Positions 27,115-40,500 of a stretch of 64,000 nt of DNA are shown here, one piece after another. A program made the position numbers and the translations under genes. The notes beneath the pieces are model-generated. The model had not been told where the DNA came from. It saw only the letters and a list, made by a program, of their open reading frames with translations, and searched no databases. Position 1 is the first letter of the stretch. Each line of letters opens with the position of its first letter. This DNA comes from Mytilus californianus (taxonomy: Eukaryota), in the NCBI RefSeq assembly GCF_021869535.1, contig NW_026262604.1, positions 15,996,001-16,060,000 on the forward strand, read 5' to 3'.

Positions 27115-27455
27115 GTCTTGATGGTCTCAAGGAAGCGTGATCGACTCGGGATTGAGAGGCCGTGGGTTTGATGGTCAAAGCGATGATTTTGAAATTAGAA
27201 TGTGTTGCTTCTTCGCTAAGCAGGCTGCATGAAGATGTAAGTGCAAAGACTGGTCGGCTTGGAAACAAACTTATGTGTTCGGGTAGGATGACCTGTCTCA
27301 CTGCGAACCGTTGCCTTGTGACCTCGCACGTATAAAATCCGGTTCAACATGTCGGTCTAGTACAAAGCAGTGTTTAAATTCATATCTCGATCGTTTACAT
27401 GTTTTGGTACTGAATATGCATTTAATTTGCGACTAGACGTTAAACAGCCATCCAT
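27115..27455 (+). mobile_element. Degenerate tRNA-derived SINE, probably a V-domain bivalve SINE
   Basis: gttgcttcttcgctaagcaggctgcat...gcaaagactggtcggcttggaa...gtcggtctagtacaaagc...gacgttaaacagc resembles V-SINE cores. Assigned from memory, not from a search. Confidence 0.5.
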
Positions 27456-28591
27456 TATCACCAATGCCCCATTTCATTTGGTTATCTACACAAAAAGGGT
27501 GTAAATACATATAAATATATGAAAGTAAATGATATTTAATGTTTCACGCGTTAGTAGATGAATGTTGCATAAATTCGATTTTCAAATAACACATTAAAAT
27601 ATTATTACGGATCATTTCATGTTGATGATCGTTTCATCTTATGTTTTCACAGATCGCCAACTATGAATATATTTGTCAAAAATCTTAATAGGTAAACAAA
27701 CAAAAATTTATGCAAATGAAGGTTCATTTTACGTTTTTTCGCTATAAATATCAATGTTATTTGAAGTACAATGTTTTACAGCTTAAGGCTATAATGTACA
27801 CCACGATTTAAAAAGTATAAAACTAGAGCAATATTATGTTAAAACGACGACTTTTGTATCTTTGCTTTTGATTATATTTTATTCATACGAACTTATAACC
27901 CGATTAACTACGAGCTTCGAAAAACGACAGTGCATAGAGGGCGCTGACTTATACGAGTTAAGGAAATAAGCATAACTAACTATATACATTTAAAATGTTT
28001 TTGTTAAAAGGTAAACAGGATGGAGCCGTTTATATGTATACCAGGATTTTCGAGAAAAAGTGTGCGTGTGCGTAATATCAAAAGAAAAAGATCGAGAAGA
28101 ACGTTTTGAAAATTACTGTTCAGTGAAATGAATTCAGGAGATATAGGCCCTTCCGCTTTTACAAAAAATAAAAGTAGCAGCTTTCTCAAGCAAATTTAAT
28201 GTTACCTCTCGTTGTGGTAAGAGTATTATGTGCATTAAATCCTCTTTAGTTAGATATTTGCATTAAGGCAAAGAAAACAAATGTTGTCCTCTGGAATGGC
28301 AATAATCAAAAGAATGCAAAACCAAAGACTTAAAACAAATAACCAATACATTCTTACTTTATTCAACATGCACCGTTATACAAGTGTTAATGATGTACGT
28401 CCTTATAAGTGGTTTGTTTAAGAGACGTCAAACAGTTGAGGAACTTGGTTCAATATCAATTTAAGTGGGCAGCAAACACGTTTACAGTACTCAAGAAAAC
28501 TAAATAAATATGACCCTGTATGATGTTCTGTTCTGTTTCCAGATGAAGAGATTTAGATTAAAATAGACTAAGAATATCAAACCTTATCAAC

Positions 28592-31500
28592 ATGTCTACT
28601 CCAGATGATATCAGCATTGCCGTCTCGTCACAAAAAGAACTAACCATTAATGACAAATCAGATGGGGTATGTTATAACTCTTATCATATGATGTATATTT
28701 CAAATGAAAATGGGGTACAAGTCTTTGAAACAGCAACTAAACGGTACTCAGAAAAAAATAAACAACACACATGAAAACTAATAACATCTAGAGGTCAGTG
28801 TTGCTGTTCGAATACCGTGTGTTCCTTCTTAGAAGCACCGGACATCGGAAGGTAATTCTAAAGAATTCTGCGAAAATCTGATTTTGGGGTTTGGTTTCTA
28901 CCATGAACATTTCTATTTCTTACACATTGCAAAGGATAGTTTTCATACAAGTATAAAGTTAAGAAAATGTGGTACGAAATTACCGCGCACAAACGTCTTA
29001 TGAAAATAGCATGCTGTTCTTTATTTTCAGAAAATAACAGGGCGGTTAATGTTAGCTGTGTTTGGAGCTGTTCTAGGATCTCTACAGTTCGGATTCAACA
29101 CCGGAGTCATCAATGCACCGGAAGGAGTAAGTTGCAACATCTATCTGTCTTTGGTCTAGAAATACAAATATTCCTTCAATACATTGCATTCCCAAATCAG
29201 TCTGCTACATGTTACTTTAACAGTTTGATCTCGAATCGACTTTTTTAGTTCAAAAATTTGCAATTAGTCCGAAAGAGGTCAAAATCAAAAACTCATAAAT
29301 TTCCACCCAAATGTGATAAAACTAAACCATGTGTATTTAGAACTTTTTTTTATCTTCACTACAGTTTGGCAACCTTTGCAATAGGGGTTTATTATGGTGG
29401 AAATTTGTTCCCAAAAAGTGTAAATTTCTCTTTTTGTGATAAATTATGCGGAATTTCGAAATGTTAGTATCTGAAAATGAAAAGTTATAAGTGCTGTTTT
29501 CAAAGCGCAGTTCTTTATTAACATGTTCAGAGCCATGCAAAGAGTTTGACTAGCAATCCTACAAGTTTTATTCTTCTTTAGTCTTAAGTCTACAATTCTG
29601 CATTGAGCACGGTAGAATGATTGATTGATAAATTGTTATTCGCTAAACGTTCCCATTCCGACGAGTACAATTAATAGTAAAAATTAAAAAAAAGCAACAA
29701 CAAAGAAGATACAACCCAAAAAAAAAACAAAAAAAAAAAAAACTAAAAGATGCCCTTATTTTTCGTTTCATCCCACATTACATAAATCAATGTCTGTCTG
29801 TTTGTAGAAAATTAAAGACTTTATGAATGAAACTCACATCAAACGGACAGGAGAACAATTCTCAGAGGATACGGTCATCAATCTATACTCATTGTTGGTG
29901 GCCATCTTTGCTGTTGGAGGAATGATCGGAGGATTAATTGCAGGATGGTGGGCTGATTTCTTTGGAAGGTACTAAAATTGAAATTACAAATGTTTACGTT
30001 TACTTTCCCCGAGACTTGATGTCAATCAACTACAGATAGTAGAAACGTGAATAATCCAACTGTGAGAAAGAGTGACAAAGTTTAATACATTTGTTTGATC
30101 TTAACACAGATAATGAAATATCAATAGCTAGCCTCTTTTCAAATACAATGTCATTGTCTAGTTATGTAAGGTCACGTGCTAACTTTAATTTGCATGAAGT
30201 AAACTCATGTGTCAAATTTTAGATCAGAATGTCCTACATAAACGAAAAGATAGACTTTTTTTTATCAAGACTGAAGATTTGGATTCTTTTGAAAATGTTA
30301 TGATCATATTTAACATTAAATATAATTTATTAGAAGGTGTATTTTTGACATTAAAAAAAAAACGTTAAACGTCATGTATGTGCCTGTCCCAAGTCTGGAG
30401 ACCTGTCAGAGGTTGTGTTTTTTTGTCATTTAGGGAAATTCATATTGATTGCAGATCTTTGCTTATCTTTTCAACTGTTTTAGACTAGGGGCAGTTAGGA
30501 ACATGACATATTTTATAAACCCTTTTCTATTATTGAAGGGTTGTACATGTTGACCTTTAATTGTATTCTTGATAATCGTAGTCTAGGGTTGCTGCGTCAA
30601 TGTGAATATCACACATGTATTCTATTCCTATTTTTATCTTTTAGAAAATTTGGGCTGATATTAAATACTCTACCTGGTATTGCTGCTGCTTGTTTGATGT
30701 TCTTCAGTCGACATGCAAGCTCATATGAGATGGTTATTGCTGGAAGATTTCTGGTGGGATTCAACTGTGGTAAGTGAAATCAGTTAAGCCTAGTTAAATG
30801 GACCAATTAGAAATGGTGTAACATAAATTACACGTCACTTTCTAGAACATTCTGATTGATCAAGACTTCAGTTACGAGAACACTGAGACGACGCTATCAA
30901 AATTACGTAGACGGAAATAGAGATTCTTAAATGTTCGAATATGCTTAATAAACCATGAATAATGTATACTTTTGTTGATAAATCTTATTGTTTGCTTGAT
31001 TCCGTGGGCAAAATTACAACTGCTTATGTTTCAATTCAAAATTTAATGGAACATAAAATAATCGTTAAATCTCAATAGTGCACATACCACTTAGATTTCA
31101 AAAGATAACAATACACATTACTATAGTGCATGAACTAGCAGAATCAATATTCACTTGTTTACTGTAATCAGGTGCTAGAAATATCATTCACAATCAATAT
31201 TAAATATCATTAACTTAACTTAAAGTACTAATGTATCATGCAGTATGTGTACAATTGTCGAAATAACATCCTAGAAAATAATCTATAAATAAATTGAGTG
31301 AAATTCTGCGCTTATAGAACTGTACTTGCATAAAATCATTTAAAGTGTTTTACATGTGTTATGTCTACGTATTTTTGTAACCGCCTCAATAGTCGAATTG
31401 CGCTGGCGAGGTTCGTGTTATATATTATTATGACTACCTGCGTGATGTCAAGGACCAACCTATCAAATAATCATTTTTTTAAATATTTTTTGTAGGATTA

Positions 31501-34500
31501 TATACCGGATTAACGCCGTTATATCTGTCAGAAATCTCCACTCCTAACATCAGAGGTGCACTCGGTACCTTACATCAGTTTGGTGTAGTCATCGGTATAC
31601 TACTGTCACAAGTTCTTGGATTTCCCGAGGTGCTCGGTACTGGCCAAAACTGGCACGTGTTATTAGGTAAATGAAAATAAAACGTAACTTTTTGTTTCTA
31701 AGGGATTTTCTAGTGTTATGGCCTTTTGAATAAATCAATATTAGACCAAAATTAACTTTTTAATAAGACCATGAAGAATGCATTTAACATACATTATAAT
31801 ACGAAGGAAGAAGTTGCAATGTTAAAGTTCAAATTGTGTTTGCCCCTATCGTTTACAAAACTTCGTAAGGAAAATATCTGCATTGACAGATTTAACGTAA
31901 ATGCATGTTAAGAATACACAAGACACCATTCACAGTAGGTAGTTCTGATATGAAATCACAACATTTCAACTTATCCAAGAAGAATAAAGAAAAAGTTAGT
32001 TGCTTCACATATCACACAATTTCGGATCTACACAAAATTGTATTGAGTTTTAAATTCTGCTTTAAACTTTATAATGTTTTTACAATGTCCTCATTGAGAA
32101 AGCAGAGATCTATGTGATTATGTTATTCACATTTTTCAGGCGTTCCATGTTTTAGAAATCACATTGGGTTTATTATTCTTTGGACATTTGTTAAATTTAT
32201 GGTTTTAACGAAATTGGTTTTCATTAGAAGAAAAAATAGTTTCGAGCTTATTCTGATATTACTAAATTTCAGGTCTTTGCATAATACCATGTGCTCTTCA
32301 GTTATTAGTTATGCCGTTTTGTCCCGAAAGTCCAAGATATCTTCTGATAACAAAGGAACAGGAAGAAAAAGCTCTTAGCTGTAAGTAAACTGATGTTGTT
32401 CTGTTGCATTTTTGTCATTATAAAAGTGGCTAAAAACACAATCGAAGAAAGACAGATAAAACCTTGACCAAAAGAAAAATACATAGATATGTCGTCAATA
32501 TATTACTTCACAGTAAACTGTAGGTTTAGCAACAGGAACCCCATCGAAAACCGGAAGGATCAACATTTTCTGCTCCATTAGGACAACCATCGTGTTACAC
32601 CTGTTCAGATCTGTTTATGACACAACACAACAAATAGCTACGGACACGGACAACTTTCCTGCTTTGTTCGTTTTTTTGGTTTATTTACAGCAATTTTTAA
32701 GGTATATGATGCCTTCTTTTGGCGTCTTGTGGTTTCCAAATTGTGTTTTAGATTATTCCAGAATGAATTTGTATACACCTTGAAACGAGTTTCCTACGTT
32801 TATATTATCACCACGGAATCGGTGCTGCTCCTGGATGACTGTCAGTTCCCGAATTACCATGCATCGAATGGTCATTGCTTCTGTGCACGATTCAAAAGAT
32901 AGCTTTTTATAACAAGTTTCACTTAAATATTTGATATTTCGAACAGCTTTAAGGCTTTTTTTTTGATTTAATGTTTCATATCTCTATTTACTAGTTTCTT
33001 TCCTAATACTAGAAAATCAATTTTGATCTTAAACGGCCATTTTGATCTGAAGAGCCCTTAAAAGACTGAACAATAAATTCTTAATATATATTACTAGTAA
33101 TAAGAGGAGGTGGTATGAGTGCCAATGAGTCAACTATCTATCCAAGTCACAATATGTAAAAAGTAAACAATTATAGGTCAAAGTACGGCCTCCAGCACGG
33201 AGCCTTGGCTCACACCGAACAGCAAGCTATGAAGGGTCCAAAAAGACTAGTGTAAAACAATTCAAACAGGAAAACCAACGGTCTAATCTTTATAAAAAAC
33301 GAGAAACGAGAAACACTTATGAACCACACCAACAAACGACAACCACTGAACAACAGGTTCCTGACTTAGGACAGGAGCATAAAATGTAGCGGGTTTAAAC
33401 GTTTCAAAAGGCACCAACCTTCCCCAAAACCTGAAATAGTGGTATAACATTACAACATCAAAATAAGTCATTGTCAGTCTTTTTGTCAATGCTCTTCAAC
33501 ATCATAACTTATTTGGCCTTTTTTACTTTTTTGATTCGAGCGTCACTAATGAGTCTTTTGTAGACGAAACGTGCATCTGGGGTTTCAAAATTTTAATCCT
33601 GGTATCTATGATGAGTTTTATTTAGACTATCCACTGCGGAAAATTCAGTACTGTCTAGATAATGCGCTTGCAGCCAATTAAGAGCTGTTCTGTCTATGTT
33701 CAGATGGTTCTCTAGTTGTTATTTACCTGTACACGTCAACAACATACTGAAATGTCCGAAAAGCCACTGAACAGTGCTGAATTGTTTGACTTCAAGCAAA
33801 TTGTCTGAACAATGCTGAATTGTTTGACTGCAACCAAGTTGTCTGAACAGTGCTGAATTTTGCGCAGTATATTACTCTGAAAATTGACAGAAGAACTGAT
33901 GATGACCTAAAAATTTATTGTTGAGACTTTTCAGAGAATATAAAAATGAAAGTGAGCGTTTAAGACTTAAATTCATTTAATAGTGTAATTTTTGGGGTAT
34001 TAAGCATTCCTGTTCAATCAGCATAAGTCTTCTGCCCTCAAATTAATACCTTATTTTAACATATGACTTTATTCAAATACTCAAATAGCTCAGTCTTGTT
34101 TTAAATGGCATTTAAATGAATGTCAGTTCTCAGTTGGACTAAAATTTGGAACTTCGGTCCTATATCGTGATTTCCCAGTTACTGTAAAAAGAACCATAAC
34201 AAGTATATGGTTGAATATAGTACATGGGATGTAATGTTCTATATATGAAATTATATATATGATGAACAGAACAAATAATAATGGGTACAAAAAAAAGAGA
34301 GAAAATGGCCCTGAAAATGGAAAAAATGATTTATATAAATAATGTAGAATAATGTCAAAAAAAGTAAAGAATAGAGAAAAATTGCAAAACAACTAAAGCA
34401 TAAAGAAATGAAGAACCCAAACCAAACTCTCATATATGCATTTATATTACAGCATTACGTACATTGAGAGGAACCTCCATGGTTGATGCAGACATATCAG

Positions 34501-37500
34501 AAATGAAACGTGAGCAGTCGAATAGTCGAGCAGAGGCTAAGGTAATTTATCATTCAATTATCAGCCCTTTGTAAAATAAGGCAATGATGTAAATTAGACG
34601 TTAGCCTACAACGCTAAAATGAAGTTGTAGTTATGACCATTGCCTCCATTTTCATGTATCACTTGTCTAATTCTGAGAGACATCTCAGTAAGTTCCTTTG
34701 AATATATCAACAATAATTATAAAGCTGGCATTATCATTTCAGAAATATATAGTCGGCGTTTTTGCCCTGTCATTATTAAACTTGTACATGTTTTATAAAA
34801 ATTTCCACTCCAAACACTATTTAATAATATAAAGGTGACAACTACATCAGGCAAAATTGACATTAGACTATAAGTGGAAATTTTTTATGGGCTGTTTTAT
34901 GCCCTGAAGTGTTCATACTTTCGTCATTCCCGATGAAAAGCATTCCAGAAATAAGTGATGGGCGCACGGAAATTTGTATTATACCTTTTTTTGGAAAAAA
35001 ATGCGTTCAAGCAATCAAAACGCTTATGAAACTGTTTGGTTGGTTATATTTTCCAGAACTCATTACTATTTTTGACAACACAAAAACATAGTCCATGAAG
35101 CTGAACATTCTAAACAGCCTATCCATGTACATGTCAAGCAATTTATCAATTGAATATATACTAAGATATTCAAATTTATCACGACAAATAATTAAAAAAA
35201 AAATATGGTGCATGCATCTATCGGTTCTCAAAATAGCAATGAGAGGTTGTATATATGATTGGAGTTATGGTAAACCAATTACAATTATGTAAAAAGGAGG
35301 ATATCGCCAATTCAGTATATTGCCTTTCATTGGTTACTATGCAATGTTTAATCTTTAGTTACCACTGCAAAATTAATTCAATATTTGCCCTTTAGCTCAT
35401 ACCGGTATAAGCAGTTTGCTTATTTTTAAGATTATACTTTAAGATGCATTATAATATATTAGTATGATTGTTTGTATTGTTATTATGTTTGATTGTTGCT
35501 CCTAGCCTTGGTCCATACTACTCCAATTACAGTAAAAGCATAGATAATAAAACAATTTAATCACTTCAATTAAATGTTTTCAATCGTGCAGTAAACAAAT
35601 AATTTTATCAAATAGTAGTTCTGTCAAACAGTAATCAGCTAAGGTTAATTGGCTAACTTATTACAGATGAGTTGTATGACCGTTGATGTATGTTTTGATA
35701 ATTTGTCATGCAATTACATTTAATGCTTACAAGGAATACATAAAAACAAACATTTTGGTCAGAAACAGAAGAACAATGGGCCGTTTAGCAATTTCTTATA
35801 AAATTAAATGCAAAGTTGTGAGTATGTCTGGTATTCTTTTGTTTGCTTGCCTTGGTGACAATACCATTAATATTATGTTTGAACGGATTGGAATGGAATT
35901 TTTACTTATTACCACTTTTATGAAACTTCTACCTGTTTAGCTGGGAATATGCTTAATTTGACAGCTCTTTATATATCAACAATTGCTTATATACTTATTA
36001 ATTCTTAGCATTTCAAAGATATCATGGTTCTAACATTTTATGTATTGAAGGCTGTTTCATACTTTTCAAATGACACTATGATACCATGAGATAACAATCA
36101 TAAATGAATTGAAATGTTTTTACATTGCTTTATGGTGCTTTTAGTTAACATATTTTGATAATGCAAACTTTTTAAAAATACTTAAAAGACATCTAGGTAT
36201 CTATATACGATCTTCAACAGCAGACAAGTTTCTATATCTTAAAAACTCAATAGCCCTGAGTCTAGGCTTGTTGTAAACAAATTAAAAATAAGTGACCTAA
36301 GATCTGCCATTGACATAACATTTCTTATTGCAAAAAAATCCTACTAAGATTCAACTAAAGAGGAGGTTTCTGACTAGGAACAGACACATTAAAGCATGGC
36401 GGATTCAGTCTTATTAAACTAATTATATTTCAGCTTACCTTCAAACCTTGTCATTTAATTGTTTTATAATAAAAATATTTTTGCAGATTGGCATGTTGCA
36501 TTTGTTTAAGAAGAAATCTCTGTGGATGCCTCTTGTCATCAGTGTCATTATGCATTTGTCACAACAGTTGTCGGGTATCAATGCAGTAAGTAATACAGCA
36601 TAAAAGTTTCCAATTCAATACAATAAGTATCATATTTGTTTTGTCGTTCATTATTTTGTACATAAATTAGGCCGTTAGTTTTCTCGTTTAAATTGTTTTA
36701 CATTTGTCATTTCGGGGCCTTTAATATCTGACTATGCGGTATGTGTTTTGCCCGTTGTTGAAGGCCGTACGGTGACCTATAGTTGTTAATTTCTGTGTCC
36801 TTTGGTCTCTTGTGGAGAGTTGTCTCATGGGCAATCATACCACATCTTCTTATTTTTATATACCTGATACATTTTGATTTTGTAGGATGTTTCTACTTTT
36901 TCTTTGCATTATTTCATTTAAGGTGGTACATAAAACTACAGGGAGATAACTCTGTAAAAATCAGCTGAACGTTTTAATCACGTTATATTGTTAAGGAAAT
37001 ATTAAGCTTCTCAATGATCAAAATTAGTGCTTGTCAAACCGCTATATATCCAATGAAATTTTCCGATAAAGTGTGTGGTTCAAGTTTTTTGAAATTTTTA
37101 TATTTTTGTCAAAGGGTCAAAGTAACTATTTTGTCAAAATTTCATGAAAATTAAACGAGCCAAATTAATTTTAGTCAATGTGTTTGGTACCACCTTAATT
37201 GAATATAACCTATTGTCTTGCATTCGCTTCTTAATTATTAGAATTTTGTTGGATGTTCATATCTTATCTCTCACACTCTTTCTTAATTTATTTTCAGATA
37301 TTTTATTATTCAGCAACACTTTTCAAAAGTGCAGGTGTTTCAGAAATAACAGCTGCTCATGCGACCAGCGGGATTGGTGCTATCATGGTCGTTGTATCGC
37401 TCATTACAATACCACTTATGGACATAATAGGAAGAAGAACTTTGCACTTGACTGGACTGGCTGGAATGTTCATTTTCAGCATTCTAATAACACTATCACT

Positions 37501-40500
37501 GGTGTTTCAGGTAATTAATATATACAAGAAAAAATATCCGAATAGTAGAATATACATTAAGAACTTATAACATTAAACTGAGCAAATTATATTAAACGAG
37601 GAACATATTTTGAATATTTCATGGATTCCAAGAAATTTGTGTTATTCCCATATGAGCAAAGCAAGCCGTTGTATCTTAATGAAGTTTGTAGAATAAAAAT
37701 ATCCTTGGAGGCAATTTGCGTTGGTATAGTCTAATGGATTTACAAGTCTAGAACATTAGTAAACTACCGCAGCTTCTTATTTATATAGGAATTTGGAGAA
37801 TCACGTAGCCTTCAAATTGATTTATAACACACAGTCGAAATATCCACTATAACGGAATTAGAATTCGGGTATTAAAAATAGTTTCATGTATGAAATTTTA
37901 AAGCATTACATATAATTTCATTTGTGTTTCAGGACCAAGCCAAGTGGGTTAAAATAGCAACTATTGTTGTTTCCTTGTGTTTTGTAGTATTCTTTGCTAT
38001 TGGTCCAGGTAAGGAAAATGCAACCACAGAATTATTTACATAGATTTATACATATATTTGATTATTAAAAACTATGAAATATAAAAATGAAAAATATTTG
38101 TGTAAAAAAAAGTGTACAACATTGACGACACTGAGAGAGCAATCTAACGACACAAAAACACTGAACATCTATGGTTTTTATATACGATATTCAACAATAA
38201 ACACGTGTGTCTCAAGCCCTAAATTGCAAAAAATAAATTAAGGAATGAATTAAGAAAGGTATGTTATAAATCATGTCATCACCGAAGTACTGACTACTGA
38301 GCTGATGATACCCCTGGTAATTAATAGTTCACCAGCAGCGGTATCGACCCTTGTCTGCCATCAAAACCAAACACCCCAAATGACATTAATGCAAACACAG
38401 CAACAATGAAAGATTGTCCTTTCAATTGAAATTTATTATACATTTTGAAGTCAATGTCCCCAATATGGCTGTGTTTTCGCGCAGCCAAAAAGATATGGCT
38501 ATGATTTTTATCAATTAGTAATATATTTGTCATTTAGTAAAATATTTATCAATTAGTACAATATTGGTTAATTTGTAAACTATTTATTAATTAGTAAAAT
38601 ATATATCAGTAAGTAAAATATTCCGCAACTTGTTAAATTTTCGTCATTTAGTAAAATATTTCATGTATTTATCAATCAGAAAAATATTGATCAACTAGTA
38701 AAATTTTGGTCAATTAGTAAAATATTTTTCAAGTACTAGTAGTGAAATTATTGCCAACTAGTAAAATATTTGACATATAGTAAATATTTGTCACGTAGTA
38801 AAATATTAATCAATTATTAAAAAAATTGACAGGTTCGATACCATGGATGATTGTTGCAGAGTTATTCTCACAAGGTCCAAGGCCAGCAGCAATGAGTATC
38901 AGTGTTCTGATCAACTGGATATCTAACTTTGCTGTTGGATACCTTTACCCTATTCTTCAGGTAAACAATAACATGTTCTATTATGTACAAGTATACTTCA
39001 GGTAAATGAAAAAAATGTTCTATTAGGTACAAGTATGACACATTGTTGTCAATATAATGGAATTTAATGCGACTGCCATACAAGTGAGAGGTTTAGCTAG
39101 CTATAAAACCAGGTTAAATCCACCATTTTCTACATGAGAAAATGCATGTACCAAGTTAAGAATATGACAGTTGTTTTCCATTCGTTTGATGTGTTTGAGC
39201 TATCGATTTTGCCATTTGATAAGGGACATTCCGATTTGAATTTTCGTTGGAGTTCGGTATTTTTGTTATTTTACTTTTTAGGTAAATAATAAAATGTTAT
39301 GTTAGGTAAAAGTATAGACCTGGTAAATAATAACATGTTCTATTAGGTACAAATAAAATGAAGAAGATTCGGTATGCTTGCCTTCAACAATGAGCAAAAC
39401 CAATACCACATAGTCAGCTATAAAAGGCCCCGAAATGACCAATGTAAAACAATTCAAACGAGAAAACTAACGGCCTAATTTATGTACAAAATAATGAACA
39501 AAAAACAAATATGATTCACAGAAACAAAAGACAACCACTGAATAACAGGCTCCTGACTTTGGACAGGCACATACAGAATGTGGCGTGGTTAATCATGTTA
39601 GCGGGTGCCCAACTCTCCCCTAACCTGGGATAGTGGTTTAATAGTACAACATAAGAACAAACTTTAAAAATCATTTGGAAAAGGCTTAACTCATCAGATG
39701 GACACAAATAGAAATACATCTAATAAGAGTTCACGTGGCAGGGTACTTATACATCCCAACAACAAAAAGACACGAAGTACAGATCTGAGAGTACTCGCAG
39801 TTTCTGACAGCTAGTTCAAAGCCAATAACAAGTAATAAAAAAAATCATGCATCTAAGACTAAAATATCAATCAGTACACATCCAACATCCAATGGATTTA
39901 GTGTAAAGACGTCATTAACAGTCAAGAGAAAAACATGACCTTGTGAAATGCCAAGATACAGGTATCGACAGATTGTAGAGCCATGAATGCGCATATGTTT
40001 TAAAAATAATATTTAGTTTGATTTTGATATACTGAAAACAAAGTCAATATCAATACAAAAAAAAAAACAACATTCAAAGATCTAATTATAGTGTTGAATT
40101 GGTAACCTTTTAGAATAAGTTTATTTAAAGGATCAATAAGTTTACCCGGATCGTATCTAAATTGCCGGGCTAGGTAAACACCATATCCGTAAAAATTAGG
40201 ATGTGCTATCACGTTTGAAATAAGTTTTCTACACGTACAATCAAACTTCAAAACCAAATTTTTATATCTATGGAATAACTTAGTAAAGGTTTTAAGTAAT
40301 TAGTGGTAATGAAATCCCTGACTTAATAATTTACCAGTAATATATGTATGTATAGATTACGTTCATTGAAATCCAAAACATCACAACAGACACGAGCATA
40401 GCGAACGAGTTGTGATATAAGAACACTCTAAGATGGTGCCAAAGGAACATCACTGTCCAAAAAAAAGAGGAAAATTAACAATATAGAATGAAAAATCGTC

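Noticed and set aside
28833-28851. 19-nt AG..GT micro-exon candidate in Glut1 intron 1
   Set aside because: The length is not a multiple of three and would shift the frame; at most it could be the end of a UTR exon.
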